From NCBI GenBank assembly GCA_965222225.1, contig CBDCTK010000002.1:384001-448000 (forward strand): a stretch of DNA of 64,000 nt. The letters are read 5' to 3'. The translations under genes were made by a program, and so were the position numbers. The stretch is from Candidatus Poribacteria bacterium (GTDB taxonomy: Bacteria > Poribacteria > WGA-4E > JAJDTR01). Of this stretch, positions 61,491 to 64,000 are shown in pieces. Position 1 is the first letter of the stretch. Every line of letters begins with the position of its first letter. The notes under the pieces are model-generated. The model saw only the letters and a program-made list of their open reading frames with translations, ran no database searches and was not told the origin of the DNA.

Positions 61491-62150
61491 ATGGCAATCA
61501 ATGAACTGGAATGGAGAAAAGTTGCAGATATCAGCGAGATTCCCAAAGGCGGTGCCAAAAGCGTAGAACTTGATGAAGGTCGTACCATTGCGCTATTCAA
61601 CGATGCGGGGAAAATCCACGCGACCGACAACCAGTATCCCCACATGGGTTATCCGTTAACGCGAGGGGTGATACGACACGGAATACTAACTTGCGATTGG
61701 CATGGTCGGAGTTTCGACTTTGAGGTAGGAGGATGCTTCAACGTCGAATGTGACGATTTGCAGACCTTCCCCGTTCAAGTACGAAACGGTGAAAATTTGG
61801 ATCAAAGTCGGTGATTTTACGTACAAACGCAAAGACGAACATCTCGAATCAATGAAATCGGTAGGCAGGCGCGTCAATACCTCAATGCCGGGTTATCTGG
61901 CGATCGGCTTCTGTCAGATCTTGGACAGTGCATTCTTAGAGATGATAATGGCTGGGACATCCTGAACACATTGCGCACCGTGTATGATGAGTGGAAGCGG
62001 TGCGAGGGCCACCCGGTCCGTAATCAGTTGCTTGTTGGCATTGCCCGTTGGACGACTGATGTCCGCAGGCAGGCGGACAGTGAATCCGCCGCGAAAACCG
62101 CGAAACGTTTAGCGCGCGGCCAAACAGCCGTGGACTTGTACGAGTCTTAG
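61491..62150 (+). pseudogene. Rieske-domain protein pseudogene (ligand lost, frameshift, large internal deletion)
   Basis: NQYPHMG in place of CPHMG, CDWH intact; extra A near 61792-95; start-less C-terminal fragment INEIGRQARQYL...AKRLARGQTAVDLYES ending at 62150. Confidence 0.7.
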
Positions 62151-62366
62151 GTTGACTAGTGTTGAAGTCTTGACTCTATTTTGATTGGTTGATGTCAGAT
62201 TCCAACGACTGCGGATGGCATTTCCATTAAAAACCTTGTTTGAATAATAGGAAGAATAGCCAATTTCAGTCATTTGGGTTTTTATAAACCTGTCGCGCCG
62301 CTGGCGCTTTCAAAGGCTGGGGGGGCCTATCACGTCGTTATCCATACAGACCAGCGTTCTCTATTG

Positions 62367-63293
62367 CTACGACGATTGAATTCTACGGGCCTCATCAATA
62401 TGACGCTTAATCATCTCTTCAATCGGCGGCAGTTGCATCTTGAGGTCTCGTTCAATCCGCTCGCTCGACCACAGATAGATATTCGGTTGATCCGGGGCAG
62501 TTTCATCAAAGGTTACCTGTGCATCCGGTAAGAGCGCCTCAATCTTGTCAACCAACTCTTGTGCGGTTACCGAATAGGCGAGCGAATTGTAGACTGCGTA
62601 TCTCAATGATTCCGCTAGACAGAGTTTAGCGAAAATTTCTGCAGTATCATCTACATAAATAATCAATAGTTCCTGGTCCCGTCGAGACGGAATTGTGGCA
62701 GGTTTACCAATTGCGAGATTGTCTATACATCGCCCCTGCCACGCCGATACACCTTTCGTTCTCCCGGGTCCACTGACATTGGCGATACGGAGCCCAGGAA
62801 TAATTATGTTATAGCGCTCCATATACTTACGCGCCATGAATTCATTCCACAATTTGTGCGCCATGTAGACAGTTTCGGGGTAACAGTCATCCTCCTCAGT
62901 CACCTGTCGATCGCCATAAGACGACTGAAGACCGTAGACAGCGATGCTGGAGGCATAAACCACGCGTTTTATTCCCATGAGTCTCGCAGCTTCAAATACA
63001 TTATTCATTCCCATTAAATTCACGCGCACCGCGAGCTGAAGTTTTTCCTCGGATTCGGGTGGGAGAATATAGGCTAAATTGACAATTCGTCTCACCTGAA
63101 ATTTCTGAACTGCGTCTATGAGGTCTTCAATGTGCGTAACGTCACCAACAAAAACTTCCACGTTATCCAAGTGAGCAACCTTGGCGTAATCAGGGCACAG
63201 GTCGAAGCAAATGACCTTATGTCCACGATTGACAAGTCGTTCCGTCAGACGAGATCCAATAAATCCGGTTCCTCCCAAAACAAGAATTGTCAT
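62367..63293 (-). CDS. NAD-dependent epimerase/dehydratase (extended SDR)
   Basis: GGTGFIG, GDVT, NL.G..N.FEAA, ASSIAVYG, YMAHK. Confidence 0.88.
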   Translation of the reverse strand: MTILVLGGTGFIGSRLTERLVNRGHKVICFDLCPDYAKVAHLDNVEVFVGDVTHIEDLIDAVQKFQVRRIVNLAYILPPESEEKLQLAVRVNLMGMNNVFEAARLMGIKRVVYASSIAVYGLQSSYGDRQVTEEDDCYPETVYMAHKLWNEFMARKYMERYNIIIPGLRIANVSGPGRTKGVSAWQGRCIDNLAIGKPATIPSRRDQELLIIYVDDTAEIFAKLCLAESLRYAVYNSLAYSVTAQELVDKIEALLPDAQVTFDETAPDQPNIYLWSSERIERDLKMQLPPIEEMIKRHIDEARRIQSS

Positions 63294-63582
63294 CGGTCTC
63301 TCTCTTCGATGCGCATATCCGGAAGCGCTTTCTTAGTCAGTTTGGCTGGTCCAAGGTAGCCGACATCTGCATCCGAGACTCCTACCTCATAAAGTTTTTC
63401 CGCGATCTTCAGCTTGTCGCTGGGATTCATGAACATGCCTAGAGTTTCATCTCCCTCTCGTGTCGTCGTATCGTTCACACGGAATCTCTGTGGAAGATTA
63501 GGGTACTCTGTACTTCCTCGGTATACATGTAGCGGTCTAAACACCACTTGTCGGGCATGTAGCAAGGTCCAAACTCTGGCAT
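63290..63582 (-). pseudogene. Frameshifted, truncated HMGL-like / isopropylmalate-synthase-family carboxyltransferase
   Basis: RBS plus ATG 63582 MPEFGPCYMPDKW...EEV, frameshift into NLPQRFRVNDTTTREGDET (DxTxRDG motif), DKLKIAEKL...GV; stops after about 95 codons. Confidence 0.65.
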
Positions 63583-63659
63583 ACGAATTCCTTTCTTTGG
63601 ATATAACCGACGGGAGAAAACGACAACAATTCGCGTCTCACCATTTCACGGCTTACGAT

Positions 63660-64000
63660 TCAGTTTTCAAATAAATCCACGTCAGCCTGGCGCATAAACT
63701 CTCGAACTACCTCTGTTTGATCTGCCTTGCCAAGGCCGGCATCGCACAGTTGAGTGAACGCAGCATCAACCAGTGAAGTGAGTTCTGACGGGGTGCCCAT
63801 CTCCTTGGCGAGTTCAAGCCCCAAGTGTATGTCTTCTGCCGCCGAATCTATGCTGGAAGATATCGCTTCGCCTTTCAAGGCAAGCTGTACATGTGTGTCC
63901 AGAGCCTTGCTCTGTCCCATGCCGGTTGTAATGACCTCGTACAAGGCTTGTGGTCGGAGCCCTGCTTCGGCGCCCATAGCTAGACTTTCGCACGCCGCCA
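63660..64000 (-). CDS. 3-hydroxyisobutyrate dehydrogenase-family protein, C-terminal part, cut by window end
   Basis: E...MG..AGL.P..LY.VI..G.G.S, D..LGL.LA...G.P, G.G..D dimerisation domain. Confidence 0.75.
   Translation of the reverse strand, partial: AACESLAMGAEAGLRPQALYEVITTGMGQSKALDTHVQLALKGEAISSSIDSAAEDIHLGLELAKEMGTPSELTSLVDAAFTQLCDAGLGKADQTEVVREFMRQADVDLFEN

Overview
Gene-dense bacterial chromosome segment of roughly 50% GC by eye. Paired PhyH dioxygenases, futalosine-pathway menaquinone genes, DapL and many orphan secreted proteins fit a Poribacteria-like lineage, but that is inference only. Contents in order: the tail of a B12-dependent methyl-transfer module (corrinoid protein, ASKHA/RACE activator, MetF-MetV fusion, AcsE-like methyltransferase, 'virulence factor' protein); mqnC and purC; envelope proteins including a TPR/repeat-TolB operon; a strikingly eukaryote-type (QNS1/NADSYN1-like) NAD synthetase; wzi; purF/purM/folD; an intact IS701-family element; a decayed MNT-HEPN pair; queG-tgt-truA; dapL; a group-2 sigma factor; nfuA; a minus-strand run with DUF1611, a split DUF6178 and a standalone archaeal-type ThrRS editing domain; mqnP/ubiX; selenoneine genes senA-senB without senC; and several pseudogenes. 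Intergenic regions hold nested repeats in which GTAG-type REP hairpins sit inside MITE-like shells with several end types. No tRNA, rRNA or CRISPR array was found. All family calls come from motif recognition by eye, not database searches.
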